From Betaproteobacteria bacterium RIFCSPLOWO2_02_FULL_63_19 (lineage in GTDB: Bacteria; Pseudomonadota; Gammaproteobacteria; Burkholderiales; SG8-39): DNA of 43,181 nt. The stretch covers positions 31,453-74,633 of the forward strand of contig MEQX01000015.1 in the NCBI GenBank assembly GCA_001770415.1, in the 5' to 3' direction. The position numbers were made by a program, and so were the translations under genes. The notes beneath the pieces are model-generated. The model was not told where the DNA came from. It did not search any database and saw only the letters and a program-made list of their open reading frames with translations. Every line of letters starts with the position of its first letter. The stretch's first letter is position 1. Below are positions 35,584 through 42,005 of this stretch, one piece after another.

Positions 35584-35658
35584 TTTCCCGTCGTCTAACG
35601 GTCAGGACCGCGGCCCTTCAAGCCGCGTATGCCGGTTCGAGTCCGGCCGGGAATGCCA
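35584..35658 (+). tRNA. tRNA-Glu (TTC)-like, non-canonical (C33, U1-U72)
   Basis: It has a Glu-type 3-bp D stem (GTC/GAC). Anticodon stem GCGGC/GCCGC is perfect, with loop CCTTCAA (C at position 33). T-arm is GCCGG-TTCGAGT-CCGGC and CCA is encoded. The first acceptor pair is mismatched. Confidence 0.55.
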
Positions 35659-35665
35659 AACGTTC

Positions 35666-35746
35666 GGAAGGTGGCGCTCGTGCAAGCAAACGGTTTCGAA
35701 CACCGTCGCCAACCCGATGCGGGTTCGCCTCCTTCACCTTCCGCTA
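35666..35746 (+). tRNA. tRNA-like, anticodon CGA (Ser box), about 12-nt variable region, no encoded CCA
   Basis: Acceptor GGAAGGT/ACCTTCC is a perfect 7 bp. Anticodon stem ACGGT/ACCGT with loop TTCGAAC. The T-stem is weak (GCGGG-TTCGCCT-CCTTC). The 3' tail reads G-CTA. The D-arm is not cleanly resolved by eye. Confidence 0.4.
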
Positions 35747-35747
35747 T

Positions 35748-35823
35748 GGGGACGTGGCTCAATCGCCAGAGCGCCTGCCTTGCAAGCAGGAGGGTGTCGG
35801 TTGGACTCCGACCGTCTCCACCA
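35748..35823 (+). tRNA. tRNA-Ala (TGC) with G3:U70 but aberrant T-loop (TTGGACT)
   Basis: Acceptor GGGGACG/CGTCTCC includes G3-U70. D stem GCTC/GAGC. Anticodon stem CCTGC/GCAGG with loop CTTGCAA. T-arm is GTCGG-TTGGACT-CCGAC, with G56 instead of C56. CCA is encoded. Confidence 0.7.
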
Positions 35824-35824
35824 A

Positions 35825-35901
35825 CTCGCTGTAGCGCAGCTGGCCAGCGCGCCTCGTTCGGGGCGAGGAGACCGCAGGTTCGAATCCTGCCGGCGAGACC
35901 A
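35825..35901 (+). tRNA. tRNA-Pro (CGG)
   Basis: Acceptor CTCGCTG/CGGCGAG has a C1-G72 pair as in bacterial tRNA-Pro. D stem GCGC/GCGC. Anticodon stem CCTCG/CGAGG with loop TTCGGGG. T-arm is GCAGG-TTCGAAT-CCTGC and CCA is encoded. Confidence 0.8.
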
Positions 35902-35906
35902 ACATT

Positions 35907-35983
35907 ACCTCCTTAGTTCAACGGAACGAGAGCGCGCGGCCACGGACCGCGAGATGAGGGTTCGAATCCTTCCGGGGGTACCA
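35907..35983 (+). tRNA. tRNA-Arg (ACG)-like, non-canonical (C33, G37, A1-U72, 7-66 mismatch)
   Basis: D stem GTTC/GAGC with a 10-nt loop. Anticodon stem CGCGG/CCGCG is perfect, with loop CCACGGA. T-arm is GAGGG-TTCGAAT-CCTTC and CCA is encoded. Confidence 0.55.
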
Positions 35984-35992
35984 GTTCGGCTC

Positions 35993-36065
35993 GGCACTGT
36001 AACTCAGAGGCCAGAGTGCCCGCCTGTCGAGCGGAAGACCGCGGGTTCGAATCCCGTGAGCGTCG
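35993..36065 (+). tRNA. tRNA-Asp (GTC)-like, degenerate acceptor, no encoded CCA
   Basis: D stem ACTC/GAGT. Anticodon loop CTGTCGA. T-arm is GCGGG-TTCGAAT-CCCGT. Acceptor GGCACTG/GAGCGTC pairs at 5 of 7 positions. The 3' tail is G-CGA. Confidence 0.5.
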
Positions 36066-36077
36066 CGAGCATCCGCA

Positions 36078-36153
36078 CGGCGCGTAACTTAACGGCGAAA
36101 GGTCCTGACTCTTAATCAGCGAGATGCAGGTTCGAATCCTGCCGCGCCGACCA
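36078..36153 (+). tRNA. tRNA-Lys (CTT)
   Basis: Acceptor CGGCGCG/CGCGCCG is a perfect 7 bp. D stem ACTT/AGGT. Anticodon loop CTCTTAA. T-arm is GCAGG-TTCGAAT-CCTGC, with A73 and an encoded CCA. Position 26 is missing or the anticodon stem is 4 bp. Confidence 0.7.
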
Positions 36154-36155
36154 CG

Positions 36156-36232
36156 CCCCGCGTAGCTCAGCCGGAAGAGCGCCTGCCTTGTAAGCAGGAG
36201 GACGCGCGTTCGAATCGACGCCCGGGGCACCA
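36156..36232 (+). tRNA. tRNA-Thr (TGT)-like with degenerate T-stem
   Basis: D stem GCTC/GAGC. Anticodon stem CCTGC/GCAGG with loop CTTGTAA. The T region GCGCG-TTCGAAT-CGACG pairs poorly. Acceptor CCCCGCG/CCCGGGG pairs at 6 of 7. The 3' tail is CACCA. Confidence 0.45.
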
Positions 36233-36233
36233 T

Positions 36234-36309
36234 GCTTCCGTAGCTGGTCTGGTGAAAGCGCCGGCCTGAAAAGCCGGAGAGGTTCGTTCGAATCGAACGG
36301 GAAGCGCCA
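36234..36309 (+). tRNA. tRNA-Phe (GAA)
   Basis: Acceptor GCTTCCG/GGGAAGC pairs at 6 of 7. Anticodon stem CCGGC/GCCGG is perfect, with loop CTGAAAA. T-arm is GTTCG-TTCGAAT-CGAAC and CCA is encoded. The D stem is 3 bp. Confidence 0.75.
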
Positions 36310-36314
36310 ACAGA

Positions 36315-36389
36315 AGGGGCGTAGTTCAGCGGCAGAACGCCGGACTCTGAATCCGGATGTCCCTGGTTCGATCCCAGGCGTCCCCGCCA
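36315..36389 (+). tRNA. tRNA-Gln (CTG)
   Basis: D stem GTTC/GAAC. Anticodon stem CCGGA/TCCGG with loop CTCTGAA. T-arm is CCTGG-TTCGATC-CCAGG. Acceptor AGGGGCG/CGTCCCC pairs at 6 of 7, with a 1-72 A-C mismatch. CCA is encoded. Confidence 0.7.
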
Positions 36390-36395
36390 GTTAAT

Positions 36396-36471
36396 GCCGG
36401 TCCAGCTCAGCGAGCAGAGCATTCCCCTGATAAGGGAAAGACCCGCAGTTCGAGTCCACGGGCCGGTACCC
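36396..36471 (+). tRNA. tRNA-Ile (GAT)-like; 3' CCC instead of CCA, two T-stem mismatches
   Basis: Acceptor GCCGGTC/GGCCGGT has two G-U pairs. D stem GCTC/GAGC. Anticodon stem TTCCC/GGGAA with loop CTGATAA. T-arm CGCAG-TTCGAGT-CCACG resembles enterobacterial Ile GGTGG-TTCAAGT-CCACT but carries two stem mutations. Confidence 0.55.
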
Positions 36472-36476
36472 GTCAT

Positions 36477-36552
36477 CGTCCAGTAGCTCAATCTGTGGAG
36501 CGGCGCGCTGTTGACGCGAGGGCTGCAGGTTCGAAGCCTGCCTGCACAGCCA
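36477..36552 (+). tRNA. tRNA-Asn (GTT)-like, degenerate acceptor
   Basis: D stem GCTC/GAGC. Anticodon stem GCGCG/CGCGA with loop CTGTTGA. T-arm is GCAGG-TTCGAAG-CCTGC. Acceptor CGTCCAG/CTGCACA pairs at 5 of 7. CCA is encoded. Confidence 0.55.
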
Positions 36553-36804
36553 GTTTCAATGGCGATCTTGATGTAGGAGCAGCACGGCGGAACGTGACTC
36601 CGCAGGCGCCGGTGCGATTCCGGCAGATCACCCCATCCCGGCTGCCACATCCCAAGTAATGCTCGCCGCGATTCGCGGCGGGCGTAAAGAGTTTGTCGTG
36701 ACCGGTTCTGCAGCGGGTAAGGCTCGTGAGTCCTGCCTGGCGCGCTCGGCCCGAAACATCGGCCCTGTGTGTACCGCGGAAACGGGAGCGACGGACACCA
36801 CGAA

Positions 36805-36877
36805 GTGTGGATAGCTCAGTGGAAAGAGCAATCGGCATAGGTCCGATGAGTCGCGGGTTCGAATCCCGCTCCGAAGC
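36805..36877 (+). tRNA. tRNA-like gene with non-canonical anticodon loop (CATAGGT; A33; anticodon position reads TAG), no CCA
   Basis: D stem GCTC/GAGC with loop AGTGGAAA. Anticodon stem ATCGG/CCGAT. T-arm GCGGG-TTCGAAT-CCCGC is perfect. Acceptor GTGTGGA/TCCGAAG is poor, with mismatches at 1-72 and 3-70. A weak AT-rich hairpin (36881-36900) follows it. Confidence 0.4.
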
Positions 36878-37154
36878 AGCAAAAGGCCTTGAAAGCCTTT
36901 AACGCAGTACCGGACCGGCTTCCGCACGCTCCGCAGAACATCGCGGTGCAGGCACCGGGCGTCAGACCGAGTGCGCCGTGCGGCGCGCGCGGGCGAAACG
37001 GCAACAGCCGAGCGTGAGCGGCGCTCGTCGTCCAGGGCAACGGGCGGGAGTTCGCGAGCGCGAGGCGCGGCAGTTTTCCCCCGCACGCGCGGCGGAGCCC
37101 GTCGGCGAACGGGAAGCCGGGGCCGGAATCTTTGACGATGGATGGAGTTGAGCG

Positions 37155-37379
37155 ATGTTGATGAATGAGGTGGCATTAACGGTTCGCCTGACTGGCCGCG
37201 AAGCGGATGTGCTGCGGCTGATCGCGCGCGGCTGCACGTACGCGCAAGTCGCCGAGCGGCTCGGCATGTCGGCGCACACGGTGGGCTCTCACGTCAAGAA
37301 CGCCTACCGCAAGCTCGACGTCCACTCGGCGCCTGCGGCGGTGATGCGCGCCATCCAGCTGCGCCTGCTCGAGACATGA
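37155..37379 (+). CDS. LuxR/GerE-type HTH transcriptional regulator (stand-alone 74-aa HTH)
   Basis: LTGREADVLRLIARGCTYAQVAERLGMSAHTVGSHVKNAYRKL is a canonical LuxR C-terminal HTH. A GGAG ribosome-binding site precedes the ATG. Confidence 0.8.
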   Translation: MLMNEVALTVRLTGREADVLRLIARGCTYAQVAERLGMSAHTVGSHVKNAYRKLDVHSAPAAVMRAIQLRLLET

Positions 37380-37408
37380 GGGCGCTTGATTGACGATGTA
37401 AGGAGAAG

Positions 37409-38557
37409 ATGATGATGCCGTTTCGCAAGTTTCGTGTGAAGAAGGACGAACGTGCGCTGCTGTTCGACCGCGGCGACTTCGTCGAGGTGCTGGGTCCGGG
37501 CGAGCACGTTCGCTTCGACCCGCTGTTCCGTCTCGCGCTGCAGACGTTCGCGCTTGCGGAGCCGCGCTTCGAGCACCGGCTGGGCGACTGGCTGGTGAAG
37601 GCCGAGCGTGAAGTCGTGGAGCGCGAGTTCCACTTCGTCGAGCTGGGGCCGACCGAGGTGGGCATGCTCTTCGCGGACGGCGTGCTGCTCGAAGTGCTGG
37701 CGCCGAACACCCGCCAGCTGTACTGGAAGGGTTACATCGACCTGCGCTTCGAGCGTATCGACATCGCGACCGACTTCGCGGTCGACGCGAAGCTGGTGCC
37801 GCAGCTGATCGCCTTCACCGGCCACGACTTCAAGGTGCTGGTGAAGGGCGGCGCGGGCGTGTACGGCGTGCAGGTGCCGGCTTTCCATGTGGCGGTGCTG
37901 TACGTGAACGGCAAGCTGCATGGCGTGATCGAGGCGGGCGCATACGCGTACTGGGCCTTCGGCCGCGATCTGCGCGTCGAGTTCGTGGACCTGCGTCTGC
38001 AGGCAATCGAGGTGGCGGGCCAGGAGATCCTGACCAAGGACAAGGTGCCGCTGCGCGTGAACCTGAACGCCGGCTACCGCGTGACCGATGTCGTGACCGC
38101 GTACGGGAAGCAGGCCAAGCCGGCTGACTTTCTGTACAAGGAGCTCCAGTTCGGTCTGCGCGCGGCGGTGGGTACACGTACCCTGGACGAGCTGCTGGAA
38201 AACAAGGGCGTGATCGACCAGGTAGTTGCGGCGCACGTCGCGCAGCGCGTCGAGGCCTTCGGCCTCGAGGTGGATTCGGTCGGCGTCAAGGACATCATCC
38301 TGCCGGGTGACATGAAGACGATCCTGGCGAAGGTGGTGGAAGCGGACAAGATCGCGCTCGCCAACGTGATCCGTCGTCGCGAAGAAACCGCGGCGACCCG
38401 TTCGCTGCTCAACACCGCCCGCGTGATGGAGGACAACCCGACCGCGCTGCGGCTGAAGGAGCTGGAGACGCTGGAAAAGGTCACCGAAAAGATCGACAAG
38501 ATCTCGGTCTTTGGCGGCCTCGACGGCGTGCTCAAGGATCTGGTGAAGATCCGATGA
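37409..38557 (+). CDS. SPFH / band-7 (slipin/stomatin-like) domain protein
   Basis: 382 aa. The SPFH core is …EVAGQEILTKDKVPLRVNLNAGYRVTD… followed by …VKDIILPGDMKTILAKVVEADKIALANVIRRREETAATRSL…. Confidence 0.85.
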   Translation: MMMPFRKFRVKKDERALLFDRGDFVEVLGPGEHVRFDPLFRLALQTFALAEPRFEHRLGDWLVKAEREVVEREFHFVELGPTEVGMLFADGVLLEVLAPNTRQLYWKGYIDLRFERIDIATDFAVDAKLVPQLIAFTGHDFKVLVKGGAGVYGVQVPAFHVAVLYVNGKLHGVIEAGAYAYWAFGRDLRVEFVDLRLQAIEVAGQEILTKDKVPLRVNLNAGYRVTDVVTAYGKQAKPADFLYKELQFGLRAAVGTRTLDELLENKGVIDQVVAAHVAQRVEAFGLEVDSVGVKDIILPGDMKTILAKVVEADKIALANVIRRREETAATRSLLNTARVMEDNPTALRLKELETLEKVTEKIDKISVFGGLDGVLKDLVKIR

Positions 38558-38610
38558 GGTGCAATACCACTTGACGAGCCGAGGTGCGCCCCTCGGCTCT
38601 TTTTCGCAGC

Positions 38611-39561
38611 TTATTCGTTCTCGTTCGAATTGAGGGCGGAATCGAAGAACGCTACCACCTTGGCGAGATACATCTCGCGCAACGGCGACGGCGTTTGCTG
38701 TTCGTGGCCGAGCCTGATGCCCTCGGTATGGCCCCGGCCGCGAAGTACCCAAATCCTGTCCGCGGGGTTTCTCGAGGCGGCCTTGAGGCGATACGCATGG
38801 CGCACGGGGATCACATCGTCGTCGTTTCCGTGAATGAACAGGATGGGGCGGGGCGCAATGGCAGGCACCGCGCGCATTGGCTGGATGCGGTCCAGGTCGA
38901 GTCCGTGGAACACCCATGCAATGCTCTCGATCCCTGGGCTGGCGAGCGTGCTCGCCAGCCATGTTGGTGCGGATGTACGGGATTCGATCTGTGCAGTCAT
39001 CAGGTCACGCACGTCCGAGAAGGCGCTGTCCGCCACCACGGCGCCGACTTCCGGGATATCGGCCGCAGCCAGCAGCGCTGTTGCCGCTCCGTAGGAGGTT
39101 CCGTGCACGCCGATAGCGCCGGGCTTGAAGCCGCGCGCGAGCAGCAGATCCACCGCGGCGCGCACATCGCCGCGCTCGTCCCAGCCCAGGCCAAGGCGTT
39201 TGCCACCGGAGCGCCCGTGCCCGCGCAGGTCGAACGCCAAAACGTGGAATCCCGCAGAGACATAGGCCCGCGCGAGATCCGGGTGTCCGCCATCCCAACT
39301 GGCCGAATCGACGCCGTGAACGAGCACGATGGCACGCGTTCCGTGTGATGGCATCAGCCAGCCCGCAAGCGGAACGCCATCGCGGGCGCTTGCGAAGCGT
39401 ACAGCTTCGGCGTCGTCGTCCAGGGGGCTGCGAATTGCGTGCGGGGCCGGTCGCGGGGTCAGGGCGGCCGACAGTACGATCGCGGAAAATCCGAAATAGG
39501 CAGCGCTCAGCAGCCCGACAATTCCTGTCCAGAGCAGGATTCCAGACTTGAGTCGATTCAT
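38611..39561 (-). CDS. Alpha/beta hydrolase (membrane-anchored/secreted serine hydrolase)
   Basis: 316 aa with an N-terminal TM/signal segment (ILLWTGIVGLLSAAYFGFSAIVL). The nucleophile elbow is GTSYGA (GxSxG). It is divergent from a LysR gene. Confidence 0.8.
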   Translation of the reverse strand: MNRLKSGILLWTGIVGLLSAAYFGFSAIVLSAALTPRPAPHAIRSPLDDDAEAVRFASARDGVPLAGWLMPSHGTRAIVLVHGVDSASWDGGHPDLARAYVSAGFHVLAFDLRGHGRSGGKRLGLGWDERGDVRAAVDLLLARGFKPGAIGVHGTSYGAATALLAAADIPEVGAVVADSAFSDVRDLMTAQIESRTSAPTWLASTLASPGIESIAWVFHGLDLDRIQPMRAVPAIAPRPILFIHGNDDDVIPVRHAYRLKAASRNPADRIWVLRGRGHTEGIRLGHEQQTPSPLREMYLAKVVAFFDSALNSNENE

Positions 39562-39688
39562 CGCCGTATCCTCCGTGACATCGCGTTGTCCACGGTGTCA
39601 GGATGCCCGCCGCGCCGTCGCTCCGCCACGGGGCAGGCGTTAAACTACCCCCAAGCGGCGCTTACACAGATTTCTGCGAGGTGGCCCA

Positions 39689-40609
39689 GTGTCGGACGAC
39701 TCCTATAGAGTGATGGACCTCAAGGCGCTGCGCTGTTTCTGGGCAGCGGCATCCCAGGGCAGCCTGACCCGAGCCGGCATCGAACTGGGTATTTCGGAAG
39801 CCGCCGTTTCCCAGCGGATCAGGGCGCTGGAGGGATACCTCGGGGTCAAGCTCTACGAATCGCGCGGCGGACGCCTTCGGCTTACATCTGCAGGCGATCG
39901 AACCTTCGAGATGGCGATCGGCCTTTTTTCGAATCTTGAGGATTTTGAAAAGAACGTCGCGCAGGAGGAGGCCACCGGTACGCTAACGCTGGCTTCGTCG
40001 GAAAGTATCCTGCGCAACCTTCTGCCGGACGTTGCGCAGCGATTCGCCGAGCAGTTTCCGCTGGTCCGGCTGCGTCTGCGGCGCAGGAGCGTGCCGGACA
40101 TACTCAAGCTGGTCCGAACAAACGAAGTCGATGCTGGCATCCTCATCGAGCGCGCGCTGCCCGAGGACCTCGTCTTTCAGCCGATTCGCGTCTACAAGTC
40201 CTATCTCGTCTGTCAGCGCGGGCACCCGCTGGTGCGAAGGGGTGTCCCGAATATCGCCGAACTGCTGCGCGAGGACATTGTCCGACACTACCCGCTCGTC
40301 GTCGCGGAGAAGGACGATCCGGATGACAGCAAGCTCGAGGAGACGCTCGCACGGCACAAACTGCCGTTCAATGTGGCGCTCGAAGCCGGCACGGAGGAAA
40401 CGCTGAAGTACTACGTCCTGCGCGGGCTCGGCGTCGCCGTGCTGTCGGGCATGAGCCTGGACGATGCGGACCGGAAACTGTTCGAGGTGATCGAAATCCC
40501 GCAGGAGTACGGCGGCGACAACACCTACGGCACGGTCATGCGGCGCGACAAGCATGTTTCGCGACCACTGCGCGGCTTGCTGGGTTTACTGAACGGGCCG
40601 CCGAACTAA
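39689..40609 (+). CDS. LysR-family transcriptional regulator
   Basis: 306 aa. The N-terminal HTH (LRCFWAAASQGSLTRAGIELGISEAAVSQRIRALEGYLGVKLYES) is followed by a LysR substrate-binding domain. Confidence 0.9.
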   Translation: MSDDSYRVMDLKALRCFWAAASQGSLTRAGIELGISEAAVSQRIRALEGYLGVKLYESRGGRLRLTSAGDRTFEMAIGLFSNLEDFEKNVAQEEATGTLTLASSESILRNLLPDVAQRFAEQFPLVRLRLRRRSVPDILKLVRTNEVDAGILIERALPEDLVFQPIRVYKSYLVCQRGHPLVRRGVPNIAELLREDIVRHYPLVVAEKDDPDDSKLEETLARHKLPFNVALEAGTEETLKYYVLRGLGVAVLSGMSLDDADRKLFEVIEIPQEYGGDNTYGTVMRRDKHVSRPLRGLLGLLNGPPN

Positions 40610-40732
40610 GCGAAAAAGAAGCGCGAGCAGGGCGACGAAGGCGACAGCCAGCCTGCGGCGCAAAGCAACGATGCGCATGCTCAGGTCTCCGGAGCGTTCG
40701 TCACGGATCTGTCCGCAAGTGCCTTAGCTCTG

Positions 40733-41845
40733 TTAGCCCTTGATGTTGAGGATCGGCAGCACATGGGCCACGACCTCCACCATCTCATTTTGCCGGCGCA
40801 TCACCTCGAAGATGCTCTTGTAGGCGAATGGAGACTCGTCAAGCGTTTCATCCGTCACCCGCGCCACAACGCCGGCCATCGTTTCGGCGAAGCTCTCCAT
40901 CGTCAGCGTCCGTTTGGCTTCCTTGCGCCCGAGCACTCGCCCCGCACCGTGTGAGCTGGACCACAGCGCATCCGCGTTGGCCTTGCCGCGCACAATGAAT
41001 GAGCCGTCCCGCATGTTTCCCGGGATGACGCCCATCATTCCTGCCTCGGCATGTGTCGCACCCTTGCGGTGAATCCAGAGGCCGTCTTTCTGCTCTGCGT
41101 GGTTGTGGTTGCTGTTGATGAGCGCGCCCCAATCCGCCGTGCCAGGCAACAGCGCGTCCATCACGGCGACGATCCGCCGCATCATCTCGAGCCGATTCTC
41201 CAGCGCGAACGCGAGGCAGAAGACCATGTCCTTCGTGTAGTCCGCTCCTTCCATGCTTTCGACTGCGAACCCGAAATGCCCTTCGCGGGCCTTTCCATCG
41301 CCACTGGCGAGCCTCATATAGTGTGAGGCCGCTGCGTGTCCGATGCCACGGCTCCCGGAATGAATGATGATCCAAACCTTCCCGGTTTCGTCCGCGCCAA
41401 CCTCGGCAAAGTGGTTTCCTCCGCCAAGCGAGCCGAGCTGCCTGTGTCCGTTCTTGGCGAAAATTTCCTGCATCTTGTTGGTGCGCGGCAGGCTGTCGCC
41501 TTCGCTCCACTCGGTGTTTCTGGCGTTGTGCGAGAAGCCGACCGGCACTGCCTTGTAAATGCCGTCGAAAATCTTTCGCGCCTTTGCGCGCACGTCTTCG
41601 GCTTTGTGGCTGGTCGGCAGCGCGCACATTCCGCAGCCAATGTCGTACCCCACCCATGCAGGGAGCACTACGCCATCCGTTGCAACCACGCCGCCAATCG
41701 GCAGCGAGTAGCCGGCATGTGCATCAGGCATCAGCGCCCCACGCACTGCGAACGGCTGTTGCATGGCGCTCGCGAATTGATTCAACGCCTCCTGTTCAAG
41801 CACATCGGCGAATATCCGGTAGGGTTTGTCGGTGTTGATTTGCAT
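40733..41845 (-). CDS. rtcB: RtcB-family RNA 3'-phosphate ligase
   Basis: 370 aa. It has RtcB metal- and GTP-binding motifs: PDAHAGYSLPIGG, GGGNHFAE, HSGSRGIGH, NHNH and SSHGAGR. Confidence 0.9.
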   Translation of the reverse strand: MQINTDKPYRIFADVLEQEALNQFASAMQQPFAVRGALMPDAHAGYSLPIGGVVATDGVVLPAWVGYDIGCGMCALPTSHKAEDVRAKARKIFDGIYKAVPVGFSHNARNTEWSEGDSLPRTNKMQEIFAKNGHRQLGSLGGGNHFAEVGADETGKVWIIIHSGSRGIGHAAASHYMRLASGDGKAREGHFGFAVESMEGADYTKDMVFCLAFALENRLEMMRRIVAVMDALLPGTADWGALINSNHNHAEQKDGLWIHRKGATHAEAGMMGVIPGNMRDGSFIVRGKANADALWSSSHGAGRVLGRKEAKRTLTMESFAETMAGVVARVTDETLDESPFAYKSIFEVMRRQNEMVEVVAHVLPILNIKG

Positions 41846-42005
41846 CTTCCTCTCCGATGGCTACAACGGGCTAACCCGGCGTTCGTTCGGACACGCCTAC
41901 GCTACGCTTCGGCGACGCGCACAACTTTGCGGTAGTTCGATTCTCGTAGTCATTCTTACTTCGGGGACCATACGCTGGGCCACGTCATGCCTCCCCCAAG
42001 CTTAG

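Noticed and set aside
35666-35746. Whether the unit with 3'-CTA (and the other units lacking CCA) are really tRNAs rather than REP/MITE-like hairpins.
   Set aside because: I did not reject it. It was kept as low-confidence tRNA-like because it shows a perfect 7-bp acceptor helix, a 5-bp anticodon stem with a 7-nt loop (U33, A37) and a TTCG-containing T region at tRNA spacing. Since the D and T arms are imperfect it could be a pseudogene, and covariance scoring is needed.
35231-36650. Track ORFs 35231..36115 (+, 294 aa), 35913..36650 (-, 245 aa), 35629..35916, 36357..36659 and others crossing 35.2-36.9 kb.
   Set aside because: They run straight through consecutive tRNA cloverleaves. Their 'proteins' are Arg/Pro/Ser-rich strings, and the first one starts on a TTG inside a terminator stem. 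These are non-coding tRNA genes read as protein.
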